DNA of 63,318 bases, filler included, from Choristocarpus tenellus KU-1152 (GCA_964200185.2; 9 parts of 9 records of this genome joined end to end with filler, not necessarily neighbours in it), one strand, 5' to 3'; counted from the first letter of the whole stretch, positions 12,200 through 26,418 are shown. Numbers and translations: made by a program. The notes: generated by a model from the letters alone, not told the origin.

Positions 12200-14200
12200 C
12201 TCATATACACAAAATAAGGTACACCTCACTATTGTCCTATTTTTTACAAGCATTTCCTAATTCCAGGCTATACTCTGATAAGGGCTTAATCACCACCAAC
12301 TGTCTGGATTGTGGTTGTGCCCCCTTAACGAATCCCTTGCAGACTTTGCTGACAAACCCTTCTACATGTTCTACTTCTGATAAAAGCAATTCCCATGGCA
12401 GAGTCCCATCGTCCTCCCACGCTACCTCTACTGGAAGGGGTACTAGACCTGGACTCTAGTGATGTGGTCAAAGGATCCTTGCCCTGGGTAAGATTTATTG
12501 TTTCGATACCTGCCTCTGGATCCACATCTGAGGTGCCTGCTTCTGGATCTACATGAAAAAAACTTGCATGTTCCTTCTCTGGTTGCGTATGTTCACCAGT
12601 TGGAGTACTAGTGCATCTTGGGAATCTAGGAAGTGCGCAGAGGGGGGTTCTCTACATCCAGCTGATCTGAGGTTATTAAGAGGCAGTCTTTGATACTTGG
12701 ATGGTCGGGTTGTGGGTGTAATTGAGCCAAAGTATCTTAGAGGGTAGAGGGGTACATTGTTATCACGAGATCTGGGTGTCACACCTCGAACAAAAGGTAT
12801 CCACGGTGAGTTTGGAGCTGCTCGAAAGCCTTCCCCCTCTCTAAATGACAGTATGCTCTTGTGCTGTCTACAGAATACTGCTCCCAGAACCATCCCGTAA
12901 GGTAAGCCTTCCTCTACTTTAAATGTCACCTTGCGGACTCTATCCCCTGGGGGAAACAATATTGGCAGTATGCAGGACCCTAGTACCTGCATTGGTGGAA
13001 TACTGCATTCTTTCAGGTTTTTCGCGTGCAATATACCTTTACCTGTTTGGTTAAGGTGCGGTAGCCCGGTGCTACCTCCCCAGAGAGTAATATTGCGCCA
13101 AAAAGCAGATGAAATGTAATTCCCACCTCCTGCACCTGTGTCAGGAGTATCAGCACAGGCATTCTCGAGCGGACTTTGCGAGGGTGCCACAGCAGTGCAG
13201 ATAGCCATACTTGACTAGTTCGTTGGGCAGTTGAGTCAAAGTATCTTAGAGGGTAGAGCCGCGTCCATTCGGGGGCCAAAACCCAACGTTGCGATTTTGA
13301 CGTAATTTTGACTATCGTGTTTGTTAGGAAGTGTCAATATCCTTGTTCGGACAGAGTGAAAGTGCCTTAGAGGGTACGAGAGTTCTTGCGTAGTCGGATG
13401 ATGACAATGGGTCTCTTCATATATGACAAAATACTGTTGAAACCTGATTTCTTATGAGTAGTGAGTTGTTGTGATGTGTCTGGTTTGTGACAAGGAGATA
13501 TAGCTCAACAAAGCACTGATGAATTTGTTCTGGTAGGTCTGATGACATGCATTCAGTATGTTTGGTTGTGCTGTGATTAACACGTTTAGAGGCAAGTGTG
13601 TGTCATAGTGCAACAAGACACCTGCGGGTTCGGTCTGGTGCGTCTGAAGGGATGTCTTACTCAATCAGACCTTTTTTTGAGTGAAATGTGTGCTGGTACG
13701 TCTGTGGCATGTTTTACTAAGAGCAGACTGTGATTGATAGAAACTGTGTGGTCATTCATTGAGGGGCTCAAATGAAGAAATTCATCCTCTGTGAAGATGG
13801 TTGTCACCTTGGCAGAGAAGGGTTTCGAAGGATGGTTTTAACTCAGTTTATATTGCGTCCTGGCGTGTGTCTTATACGTGTTGCAGAGTGATGTCTTATT
13901 GAGGGGGCAATCCCAGTCAAGTAAAAAATAAGAATCAACATATGATATGCATCTGATAACTTGTTTGAAAAAAGAAGTAACACAGTAAGAAATAGAACCC
14001 AACCTTGGATCCATACCTAACGTAACTACTGTCACACATAGTATGCCTGTATGAGTGATAGTTAGCGACTGTTCCTACACTTCCTATATACTTTGATCTT
14101 CTGAGTGAGTTGTGATGATGAGCTAATGAGCTAATAATGTAATTGGGAATAGCTACCATTGCAATGGACAAATCAACATTCAGTATGGACTGACGATGCT
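12200..14200 (-). mobile_element. Degenerate Ty3/gypsy-type pol remnant (aspartic protease), interrupted by MITE fragments
   Basis: ORF 12549-13208 contains DTGAGGGNYISSAFW...FKVEEGLPYGMVLG (retropepsin DTG and xLG motifs). MITE ends at ~12724 and ~13233-13378. Boundaries approximate. Confidence 0.55.
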
Positions 14201-14272
14201 ATATCGTATCAAAGCAAATCGAATGAGTAGCCTATGTTTTAACAAACACTACTTCTTCAGTTTCTGAGTGCG

Positions 14273-14640
14273 GTGGGATCTGAATATGACACTAAGGTAC
14301 GCATGATGGCTTCTTGGAGCTCGTTGTCTCCAGCGGAAGTCAGGAAGACGATCTGTGAGAGATGCCCATCAATATCATCAAGGACAGCAGCATTCCACCA
14401 AAAACGCAGAACAGTCATGCTCTCGTTGTTGGAAGTTCAAAGACTGAAAATTTAAGACATGAAAAGAGTCAGCCTCATCGTAACGGCCAAGGCCGTGGAA
14501 GGGGACGTAAATTTCATGGAGGAAAGAAGAAGAACGATTTTAATTCTGATCCTAAAAGTTCGGAGATGAGGAGGTATTTTCACCAAGTGTGGTGGATGTG
14601 CTCATGATACTACAACATATACTTCAGTGTTTATGACCAT
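14273..14640 (+). mobile_element. Remnant of a retroelement gag C-terminus
   Basis: HALVVG...GQGRGRGRKFHGG is typical of copia gag just before the zinc knuckle. Disrupted. Confidence 0.3.
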
Positions 14641-14715
14641 AGTGGTAGCTGGGGAGGGAAAGGATGAGACCGAGGTGGAATCTTCCCACATTACTGTGGA
14701 AAGTGTGATCAGCAG

Positions 14716-17700
14716 TGTCGAATAACCTAGTGTTATCCTTACGTTATCTGTGCTGATCCAAGTAAACAACATAGCTTATATGTACGTTGATCTTTAGTTT
14801 AGTACAATACAAGGTAGTAACGTACACATCGGTATGTTATGGTAAGTTAGTGGGATATTACAGATGGTATAGTGGGACAATAGCATCAAGTGGACAATAC
14901 CTTGTGGATAATAAATAATTCAATGTGTGCTCTACCATGCAATTCAACTGCTAGCTTTCGACGACGAGCCTTACGTGCGCCAAGCTTCTCAACACGCTTA
15001 AGCGTCTAATATAAACTCTAGCTAGGGGAGGCGCAGCCGGACTGGTTTTTGAATTTGGTTTTGCATCACTCATGACTACAGATGGTTTTCGCGCCGAACT
15101 CCTTCAACTTACGGACAACAACTATGCCGATTGGTTTGCTACAACCTGAGCATTTTTGGGGGCGAAGGGGGACATCGATGAAGCATTGGAATACAGAGAG
15201 AAACCAATCAGGGTGGGTGATATTGATTTCATCAAACCTGAAGATGTAGATGAAGATGAGATCACCAAGGCCAAGAAGGCATATGACGTCCTACTGAGGA
15301 GCACCAGTGGAATTTACCGGTGTATAGTCCGCAAAGCTGCCTCACCTTCAGGAGCCTGGAAACAATTGCGTGGACACTTCCTTATTCAGTCAGATGAGGA
15401 AATAGCCAGACTTCAATGGAAAGTAATGACGGTCAAGATGCCAAGGGGGTCAGACCCCCAAATTACCTTCACAATTATGCTGGACTGGGTTGGTCAGATG
15501 GCGATGATGGGGCATGTGATGTCCGAACGGGTTCTTGAAATCGCTATGTTAGACAGTTTGGATGATGACTATCAGATCACCAAACACTATCTTCAGCATC
15601 ATAACAAGAGTGAACGCTCAAGAACTACTATAAAACAAGCTGCTCGCTTGCGCTACTTCTCACTCCAACGAGAGGTAGGATATCGTGGAGAGTCCGGGAG
15701 TGCTCTGGCCGCGAGGACCGTGATAAAGGCTGGCCAAGATGGCAGCCGTGGTACGACTGGTCATCGTATTGACCCTGGGATGACAGGATCCCATTCCAGG
15801 GGGCTTACCAAGATCCGAGAGATTTGTGATATGTGTGGATTGGCGAAGCATTTCGGTTCCTCTACATTCAGTGAATTGTGTTACAGCTGCGGGAAGATTG
15901 GCCACCAGCAAGCTGTTTGCCCTCAGAGGAGGGCACGTCTTCAGAGGAAGGCAAGTCTTCAGAGGAAGGCAAGCCCTCAGAGGAGGGCAGTACCACAAAA
16001 GTTGGTGGTAAATTCATATCGCCAGAGGGCGAACCCGTTAGAGTCAGCGGGAGTACTAGCTGGATCAGAGGAACCAGCTAAAACTGGAAGGAAGTTCAAG
16101 ACCATGTTAGCCACTGTGGCTGATAATGGCAAGGTGAGATTGAATGCTTTCGAAACGTGGAGTTTTGATTCGGGTGCTTCCAATAGTGTAACAAATGACT
16201 CAAAGTACATGTATGACTTCGCTCCATGTCTACAAGGCCACAACATGACCGTGGCTGACGGAACATCACTACCCATTATGGCGTATGGCAAGATTGATTT
16301 AAATTTCAATGTTGGCGGTGATGAGTGGGTGCATGTAATTTTGACGTCTGTTGCATATGTCCCGAAAGAAGCTTTCAATCTTCTCTCTTCACATTCTGCT
16401 GGTAGGGCTAAGGAAGTGAGTATCAAATGGATTGGTGATGAGTATCATATCAGTGATGGGGAAGGTTTTCCACTCGTTTTCAAGTGAAATGGAACCATGT
16501 ACATAGCTAACGCCGAAAGGTTACCACCCCCAGATGAAATACCTTTGGCCGCAACTGTATCTACAACACCCATGCACGTTACTGTTTCCCATCGCATCCT
16601 CAACCACGCTGGTGAGAAAATTCTTCAATACACTGCTAACGAACAAGGAATCACACTGACAGGAAATTTGGCGTCAACAAAGTGCATAGGGTGCGCAAAA
16701 GGGATTAGAATAAGAGACTCTGTCCCAAAACCCACCACTGCACGTGCTAGGGGGCCCTTCACTCGCATCTGTATTGACCTCACAGGACCGAAGAAAGTTA
16801 AATCACGCGGTGGGGCTGAGTACGCCTTGGCTATTGTCGATGGCTTCACCTGGATTCGACTACTCCCAAAGAAGAGCTATGCTACAACAACTCTTAGGCG
16901 ATAGTTTATGACAGAAGTACTTCCAAGTGGACGACGCATTAAATATATTCGACATGATCCAGGGGGTGAGTGGCAGGGGGAGGAATTCCAGGAATTGGTT
17001 ATGGAAATGGGTGCGGTACAGGAAATGACCAGGACAGGGGAACCCCAGTATAATGGTGTGGTCGAACGTCGCATCGCACAAGTGGATAGTGGTGCCAGGG
17101 CCAGCATTTATTCTGCAGGATTGGAGGACAAAATGTGGTTATGGGGAGAGGCATACAACCATTCAACTTACATCCTCAACAGAAGTGCAACTGTCGCCAA
17201 TAAGGAGACTTCCCCTTACAGAGCTTTGTATGGGGAAATTGGATCCCTAGTGAACATCCCAGCATTTGGTACCCCTGGATACTACAAGTCTAGTCCTGGA
17301 TATAAGCTTGAGAGTCATGGACAACAGTGTATCTTGGTTGGTATATCTGAAAATCAACCCCATGGCACTTTCCGCGTCCTAGACTTCACTACAAATCGTA
17401 TCATTCAACGAGCTAACATACATCGGCACCCAACCAAGGATGACAGAGTCCCTTTTCCAATTTCTGATTTAGACCGGGATCAAGATGATTTGGACGACAC
17501 TCCTGGATACATCATCCCTCCCCATGCACGCAGAAGGACTACTGAAGATTTGGATGACACTCCAGGATACATCATCCCTCCATATGCAAGAAAACGGACT
17601 GGAGAAACCCAGGAGATGGGGGGTGAATGTAATGATGATGGAATCACCTGGATTGAAGGCGGACACCTGCGATAGTGATGTACTTGTGGAGGAGAATGAG

Positions 17701-19522
17701 GACAGCATTGATGATGACAACGAGGCGAAGGAGAATGAAGACAACAGTGATGGTGATGATGATGGGATGGATGAAGCCAAGGACAGCCAATGTGAAAGAG
17801 AACTACGACGACTCAGCATTGGAAATGGTGAAGATAACATCCTACCCCATCACACCAGATCAGGCAATACTTCCGCCAAAGCTGCTGTTTTTGACATTTC
17901 AATTTTTTTATGACTTGTTTGTCTGTTTCCATAGAGACTACCCTTGTGATGTGTGCGAGTGATGATTCTATACGAGTGTTAGCGGATGAGCTCCCTCCAG
18001 AACCCAAGACTGTAAGAGCAGAATGTAGCTCTCCCGAATGTGATTTATGGGATCGAGCTAGAGTTGAAGGGATGTCTGGTTTGTTGCTGAATAATGTTTG
18101 GGTGGAGGCCGTATTACCCCCTGGACGCAGGGCTATAGACACTAAATGGATTCACAAATGTAAGACTAACAAATTTGGTGAGGTAGTTAGATACAAGGCA
18201 CGTTTGGTAGCAAAAGGTTTTCGACAGATTGAGGGTTTAGATTATCAAGATACGTTTGCACCAACACCGTCCCCTGCATCTTTGAGAACGGTTTTTGCTT
18301 TAGCTGCAGACAAGGATTGGGAATTGAAACATTGGGATGTTAAACAGGCATTTATACAAGCAGATATTAATGAAGATATTTTTGTTCGTTTATGTGATGG
18401 ATGTGGTATATGGTCCGGAAAGATTGTGCGTTTGATCAAGGCACTTTATGGCACCAAACAAGCAAGCAGAGAGTTTAATAATCTGTTGGTGCACGTTTTG
18501 GAAAAGTGTGGTTTTGAGCAATGCAAAGCAGACCCTTGTGTGTTGCGCTATGTAAGAGATGATGTTGTTTGTGCAGTGATAGCCCCCCACGTAGATGATC
18601 TATTGGTAGCTGGTAAAATTGATGTTTTGATTTGGGTTCGCTCTAGGATCAAAGAGCAATTTTCCATAGAAGACTTTGGTGATCTTGAGTATTATATGGG
18701 TTGTGAGATTTCACGTGACAGAACTGCACAGACTGTCACCATCAGTCAGACTAGGTACATTAAGAGTGTTTGCCAAAGATTTGGTATGGATGGGGCAAAG
18801 AAGAGGTCGGTACCCCATGATTTCTCAAGGACTCTAGACAAGAGTGAGAATAATCGAAGTGTTGATAAAAATGCACCGTACAGAGAAGCAGTTGGTAGTT
18901 TGATGTGGGCATCAGTTATGACCAGGCTTGATATTGCAAATGCAGTTCGTGAAGTTGCCAAGTACAGTAACAATCCCAAAGTCACACATTGGCGTGCAGT
19001 GAAATGTATTTGAGCATATTTGATTACATGTCCCAGTGCTGGATTGAGTTTTGGTGGTTTTGATACTGAGTGTGAGTTGAGTGCTTATGCTGATGCTAGT
19101 TATGCTGGAGACTTGGTAGCACATGAGCAAATACAAATCATTCATGTTAACTCAGATGAGCAGCATGCAGATGTGCTGACCAAGCCTGTAGTAGAGGAGT
19201 CTTTTTGGAGGCATATAGGGGCTTGCTGAATTTAGACTATATTTGGTGGTTTGTTTTTCGTTGGATTTTGAATTCTTCATCTTCTTTTGGATTTTCTTCT
19301 TCATCGAGTTCAGTACCTAGTTATGTCTGGTGACCGCGCTAGGGAGGGCGTTAGAATAGACTCCTCCAGTTGTAACGGACATGCAGTCAGAATACAAGAA
19401 TGATTAGTTAATCCATATTTGTTCTTGTATACGAACGGATAGGTAGGAATTAGTTCCATTAAGCATGGTGTTTTGGGGTTGTATGGTCGCCCCCTCTGCT
19501 TGGTAATACTCGCTCTACAACA
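14716..19522 (+). mobile_element. Ty1/copia LTR retrotransposon, near full length but inactivated
   Basis: Gag from ATG 15072 with zinc knuckle CYSCGKIGHQQAVC; protease FDSGAS; integrase (H-x4-H, CIGC, IDLTGP, HDPGGE, QYNGVVER); RT (KARLVAKGF, DVKQAF, ALYGTKQA, HVDDLL); RNase H (YADASYA, ADVLTKP). PR-IN-RT-RH order is copia. In-frame stops at 15147, 16485, 16902, 19011 and frameshifts near 17670-17910. PPT-like agggaggg at 19341. Outer boundaries tentative. Confidence 0.95.
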
Positions 19523-20799
19523 TTTGGTAATACTCCTGTATTTATCTCTTCTGTCCATGCATGATCTGGGGGATAATTTAACATCGCCATCATGCTATCT
19601 TCACCAGTTTCCTCCGGGTCCCCTGCCAGCAAGCTAAACCAGTTAAGACCTGGATATACGGGCAGGGGCTTCCCTCAGCCTCTGCTCTGCCACCCCTTAC
19701 TGCTCTAGCGAGTCACCAGGGGTGCCTTTGTCTACAGATGTAGACGCGGGAACTTGTAGAGGTTGAGTGTTGGAGTACCTCTCTCTCTTTACCTCCTTCA
19801 GTTGTCGTGCTTGAGGTGGCCTTCTTCCCTTTCCTTGCCGAGGTCTTCTCTTTGTTGGTGGAAATGGAAGTGGAAGTGGAAGTGGAAGTGGGACTGGAAG
19901 TAGTCCCACTTCTCTCTGTATCGTACGTCTCGGTGTGGTCAGACATAAAGTGAAATTGTGATAGCCTCCTTGAACACTCGGCGTGAGCACCACTGTGGAG
20001 GTGTCAAGGTACCAAAGCTCTCTGCAAAAGGGGGCAATCACAATCACCAGAATGAACTCTTCCACCTCACAGGGTGGGACCTATTTTCACAGGTCTTCGC
20101 CCAGCATCTCAGTATCAGTTGAGGAAATCCATAACAGAACCAAAACCTTAATACACAACAGATGTCACAGAATGGCTGAGCGACATCACAGCAGGGAAAT
20201 AGAACAGTCAGAATTGGAATGGGTCTTTGTTCTGACAGTCCTTCTGACTGTTTGGTCAATTCCAGATCTTATGGGTGTGACTGGTTTTGTGGACTCCTCG
20301 GTATGGGCAAGTTCCAATGACGTGGCCGCAATGACGTGGTTGGAGTGCGGATATGTATATGGCCGCACGTCACATCGGCAAAATGTGTGTGTTGGAGATC
20401 CGAAAAAAGGAATCTATCCCTCACATACACGGTTTCAATAAGCTTAGAAAATAACCAAAAAACAAAGACTAACCTAACCCTAACCCTAACCTTGACCATA
20501 AACCTAAACCTAACCTGTTTCCCTCAATCGTCAACCCATCGATCTCGACAATACTGTGTCACTCTGACATCTCGCAGATGGTTCGAACAGAGCACAGATT
20601 GTACGCTAGTGTGGGCATCACAGCAACCTTCTTCATGGTCACACTGTACCCCACTTCCTCTCTCTCTCTCTGATGTCATTACCATCTCTATCCAGCCCCT
20701 TCCAGCAACTTGGTGTTCCTTTCCATCTCCAACAACCACCTTGTCTCCATTGCTATTTTTCCTCCAGCCTCGCACATAGCTAAAGAATTGGTCATGTGA

Positions 20800-22070
20800 T
20801 CACTTGCTCCAGTGTCAAAAATCTATTCTTCAGTATCTGTTGATCTATCCGTTTCGTACGTTGTCTCATCAGTCACTACAAACGCTCCTCCCCTACTCCG
20901 GTGTCTCATGCCAACATTCGTGCCACGCGAAGCACGATCTTATGTGCTCTCGCTTCCATTGGTACCCTCACTGTCCCCACCATTTCCGGTACCCCCACCA
21001 GCCACATGACCACAATCTTCTGGGTCCCTTTGTCTCCCATTGTTGCCATGTTCGCAACCCGTTCATCCATTACGCCCCCGTCTTCCCACAGACCTAACAT
21101 TCCTTGTTCTTGGTAGGATATTTATTTATGAAAAGTCCCTTCTTGCCGCAGGCGTAGCATTTTATTCGCTCCAACCGAAGTGCCACAATTTGCCTTCTAG
21201 CTATTAACACTGCCGTTGTTCTCCCCTGATGAATAGCTATCTCGATCTTCAACGTTCGGAACAGCTTCGCAAGTCCCTGTTAAATCTGCGTCCTCGTTAG
21301 AGTTGTTGTCATCAGCAACATTCGTCATTCTTAACGCGCGAGATATCCTGCTTAGTGTTGTAAAAGCATGAAAATTAGTTTTTCATGCTATCCAATCATC
21401 GATCTCTCCGTTCCACACGGGTACCTCCAACCTGTACGTTGAATCCCTGCTCCTCCACAGGAGTTGTGGTGGTACCTGCTGCTCCTGTTGTACCGGCCGA
21501 CCTGTCGCAGTCTGCCCTCCTTGCTGAGCCAGTGCAGCTTCTACAGTCTTAGCTGTGGCCAAGGCCACACGTTCCCCTAGCTGTGCCTTGACCCTCTCAG
21601 CCACTCTCAATTCAAAGGCGACAACGTTTTCTGCTGCCATGTTTTGGTCACTCCCCGAAGCAATGACGTCCCTGACTCTTCCTTCTGCTGCCTTCTCAAG
21701 TCAAGCAGTTAACGTAGTACCTCCTAGTTTGTAGTGTACGTTTAGGGAAGATTACTCGGTTTTAAAAGTGTTCGCACTCTACCGAAGAGTGTACTGCTTC
21801 ACCACAAAGAAGATATTGATGTAAATTAAGCTATATTAAGTTACCATAAAGAGTGAGTCCTATCCATAAGGAGGGGGTGTTGTCCTACTCTTTATAATCA
21901 TCCTAGCAAATGATCTTAGAAGTTGCCAAACACTATGTTTGCTAGAACATTACTCAAACATCACGATGTTTTAGTGTTCCCTTCCATCACTCCTAAATCA
22001 TTCTAGTCACACTATGTTGCTACAAAGACATTTCTTACTTCATGTATACTAATAACAACATTGAGTGTGT
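20800..22070 (-). mobile_element. Degenerate LTR-retrotransposon 5' end (gag remnant with LTR-like upstream region)
   Basis: ORF 21383-21640 ending RLEVPVWNGEIDDWIA resembles a copia gag N-terminus (P-x-W/F-x-G...W). It continues through stops, and AT-rich sequence lies upstream. Confidence 0.45.
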
Positions 22071-24208
22071 ATTGTACTACAATGCATGTCCCTATGTGAA
22101 CATACTTCTATGGCAGAGCAAGGAAGAGACAAAAGGGAAGAGACGGAATAATGATTATTGAACTCATCAAAGCATGTATGTAGACCTGCCATCAACCTTG
22201 ACCAAAATACATCGTATTCAGTTGGGAGTACATATTAATATCCGAGGGGTTTGAAGCCTGAAGTTTTCGACAGGTTTGGTGCACACTTCTGGTGCTTGAT
22301 GATGCACCGTATCTAACTTCCATAAAAGGTCAATTCCTGCCTTCAGAAACTGTTGCGATTTCAAGACAAAATCTACCTCCTGGGGACCTCTTCCTGCTAG
22401 ATGAGGTCCAAGATAAACTGGGGTACTGGTCGAATTTGTAACCATACCCTTCCAGCAATATCTTGGCTAGTATTACACAACACTGCCAGTCTTGCTCCAC
22501 TTTGCTAATCCATGCCGACTTACTCTTGATACAACCTGGCCCAGGATGACATGGGGCAAAAGCGGGGTACATCATCCAGAGGTAAGTTCAGGGGTGAGAT
22601 ACCAAGGATCTCTGTGAGAGGAATGTTCGGTCTTGCAGAGTGATTCTTACTTTTCGGGAACCAGTGCAAGAGGGCCAGGGTTGGGGTTAGGTACAGAGTT
22701 GGGGTTAGTGCAGACAGATGATGATGGCATCGTTGGGCTGCTTCCTAATCAATGTTGTGTGATGCCATCAATCAATGGTTATTTTTGTTAAGCACTAACC
22801 CTTACCCCAATGGCTTGTTGTGTCCTCATATTTATTCGAGTTGTTAGCAGTAATAAATGGGACATCGATATATATATATATATTATAAGGGCGATTAAAG
22901 TTAGAAATACAGCTGCATCGTAGAAACAGATTATTCACCTGTTCTGGCTAATTTTTGCAAGGGTACAAAAATGCTAACAACTATTTGGGGTTAAAACAGA
23001 TTTTAATTTCTTCCTGCTGAAGATAGATATTGCCAGGTGGGCATAAAACTCTTTGACTTGCCATTACTGTTGAAATCATCAAATTATATTTACTACTATA
23101 TTCTTTAGGCTTGAAGTAAAATTTGAGTTGGTATTCTTGTCTCAGGTATGTCGAAACAGCATGTGTACTTAGTAGGGAAAGAACACACATATTTATGCGA
23201 GTCGATTTTCCCATGGAAGGCTGGACCCCTGGCACACCTTGATTCAAACAAGTACATTGATTTTTTCCTGCGTAGGTCAACAAAACTCAATTCCAGCTAA
23301 TTCATAACACGAGAGGTTGTTTCGATGGCTATGCCCACTTGTTTGTGGCATTTTATGACCTTCGCAATCTCTACTAAGTACATGCAGAGTCTGCCATTGT
23401 TCTTGGGACATGTTATCAGAGCTCGAGGATGAATTGACTAGTTATGTCCCTTTGGTATTGGTCATAGTATTTCCGTTGTATGCATGAGTTGAGTTCTCCT
23501 ATCCTGAGTTGATGTATGCATGACCTTGGACTGTGTGCCTTAAGATTATGCACTCACACTGATGCCTGCTTTTCCTGTACGTTAAGTGATTGGGGTTTCT
23601 TGATTATATTCCATTTTATCATGTTGTGCTTCGTTTATTCTTTCTCAAGTTCATATTTTTCCTCGTCATCATCACTTTGTTTATATTCTTATCTTCTTTC
23701 TGTGCCTCTCTCTTTCCATGTCACCTTCTGGTCATGGGTAGATGAAGATTGGAACTATATTGAACAAAAAATGGCTCAAAGTATCTGGGAGGGGGTGGCG
23801 GCTGTCCATTTAGGGTCAATTTTTGTATGTTGNNNNNNNNNNNNNNNNNNNNNNNNNNNNNNNNNNNNNNNNNNNNTTAATTAATTAANNNNNNNNNNNN
23901 NNNNNNNNNNNNNNNNNNNNNNNNNNNNNNNNCCCCCTCCCAGATACTTTGGGTCAGTACTTCTTCCCAGTTTTGTCATGTTGATTCCCCCTAACCCTAA
24001 CCCTAACCCGAGACTACTCTACATCAGCTGTTATCAACGGGCACGCCAAGGTACTTCCTCTCCACAGCTTCAATGAGATTCGAGTTGTGTCTGCTCCCCA
24101 TGCACCATACCCTCTCCTTTCCTTTTCGGGTTCAGAGCAGATTGCATGGCATTACCCGCACAGATGCTAAAAATATTGTATTTTTGCACTTGCTTGTGCC
24201 TTTTGCAG

Positions 24209-26418
24209 GGAGTAGCTTTCTGGGGAACCACTGAGAACCCTGTCAACTCTCTTGAAGACGGTGGAGGCTCCTGCATCTCCGAGGCAGCAGGCAGTTTCAG
24301 TTCGGCTTACCATGTCTATGCTATTGAGTGGGAGCCAAAGGAAATGAGGCAAGCTTAGTTCATGTGTGTGTTTGTGTTGGGCAATGTGAAACGCCTTGGA
24401 AGGAGTGCACTATAAATGTACTGAAGTATAGGAGGCTTTACTGTTACGTCACCAAGGACCCAACAACCCCCCCCCCCTCCCTCCCCCGTGCCATAAACGC
24501 CTCACTTCCTTAAACAAGTCATACCCTGGATCAGTCGAAGCAGAGTGTGGGCCTATTCCTACACGTCTACCACCTTCTAATTTCACAATGACCTTTTCAA
24601 ACTCCATGGCCACAGTTTCCATCTGTTGTACAACATATTGCAGTGAAAAAACTCCAGCATTTCATTGCTTTAAGAAGAAAAAAATGAGGTTTGCAACCTG
24701 CACTAGAACCATACCAACCTTGCAGATAATGTGTACGGCACGCACGATCTACCAGAAAACATTTTACATTACAGAGGACTGCATATCACTGGGCACCTTT
24801 GCTGCTGCTTTCAGCATGGCCCTGGACAGACCAAAATCACATCCACCCCCTAGGAGGTAGATAGTTTGTTGATCAACCTAAGCACAAGATGCTGTCTTTG
24901 GATTAATTTCAGTTCGTCCCACTTGATGCACCCTCAACCTTGAAATCAAACGAAGACTCATCTTATCACCCGAGTTGTTCATGGCCCTTGCCAACATGGA
25001 GGTACTGGGCGAGCAGTGTCCACTGTTGACTGCTGTCTCTTTCCTGTGCAATCAGCACAGAGGGACTTCTGGGAGCCATGATATGATTTCGAGCCCAGGA
25101 ATTTTTATCGTATTTCCTGTAAGGAAGACTTGAAACTCCACTGTTTTGCCAGATAACGCAAAAGTATCCCTTGGGTGCTATACCTAACACACCCATTCTC
25201 TTTGGCTGAGCTCAAAGATGTTGCTTCAATATAATATCATCATGCCTCTATTACTACCCCATATACCTGCTTTTCGTTTTTTTTAGATATAGATGTTATT
25301 GGTGAAAACCCAAAGACAGAAGTCGAGGTGAACTCTATGTGAATGTATAGATGCTGTTCCTTTTTTATGAGCACCATTCTGTATCTATAGGCATGGAGTC
25401 CTTAGGACTAAGCGTGAAGTGTATTTATAGGATTTTTTTACTGTAGTGAAGCATACTTTCCCGTGCGCTTCTGAACTTCGCACTCAGTACTATTTTTTCC
25501 TCCAAAAAAGCTCCATATTATATTCCAGTAGTGGTCACCTTATCTGAACAAGAATGCACCTATATCAAACATCGCCTTTGTTTCATTTTTGTGCTACAAA
25601 GTTAGTCCCAGTATATCACAAAATTCTCTCAGCTCCACAAGTACAAACACCTCCACCAACTCCACGTTTTTAAGCCTCACAATAATATCGACCTGTAATA
25701 TGTCCCTGTGAACTGTTGGCATTGTTTATCGCTCGATGCAATAAACTTGGTCCAGATTTATCGCTCACTTCAAGATGTTGAGAACGATACTCAAACTAGC
25801 TCAATATCCAGGTATCGTAGGGCTGTGATGTGCAGCGTAACTTTCCTTCATGGTGCCAACCTTGCACCCAATGCCCGCACACATCACCCTAATCCACTGC
25901 AGCATGTGATTGTTCCGCAATAATGCCTTTCATTGCCCACAATGGGAAGGTGGTACGTTGATGGACAATTGTACTGTCGGGAAAATGGCTGGCTTAAGAA
26001 CAATAAGAAAAGAGCAGATGCTCCACCCTTCAACAAGCCTTTCTACCTCGCCATCTTCCTGGCGGTCGGTGGTGATCTGCCATCATTCAGCGTGGGCAAA
26101 GGTCCCTTGCGATCAGTGATGAAGGTGACGACTTAGTGGCAACAAAGGAACTTCTCTCAGTAAGATTAATGTAGAAGGTTGGATATTTTCCTCTCAGAGT
26201 TGTTTCAATGGGAGCATTCGGTTGCTGATGAGAAGCTTCCACTGGCCCTTGTTTTCTTCCCACCGCTAGCAGCAACACCTTGCTTGCTCACTCATCTATC
26301 GGGGAATGTCTGTGCACTTGCCTTTTTCCGTCTACTGCCTACTGGTTACAACTTCCAGGTTGACTATGTTCGAGTGTACCAGCAGCAGTGGCAAATTGAC
26401 GACCACATTTCCACCTGA
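24209..26418 (+). CDS. 3' exons of a GH16 beta-1,3-glucanase (laminarinase-like); exons 24209-24348, 25950-26124, 26359-26418
   Basis: Spliced FSSAYHVYAIEWEPKEMR|WYVDGQLY...APPFNKPFYLAIFLAVGG...SVMK|VDYVRVYQ is the canonical GH16 C-terminal half. The catalytic ExDxxE exon was not seen in this contig. Confidence 0.92.

Noticed and set aside
15122-19145. Antisense ORFs within the copia element, and the many 60-110 aa ORFs elsewhere
   Set aside because: Shadow frames or chance ORFs in introns and repeats with no recognisable motifs.
22300-23330. Possible 5' exons of the GH16 gene
   Set aside because: Splice-like sites exist but no GH16 motif (WPAFW, ExDxxE) was found, and the region lies across a linker.
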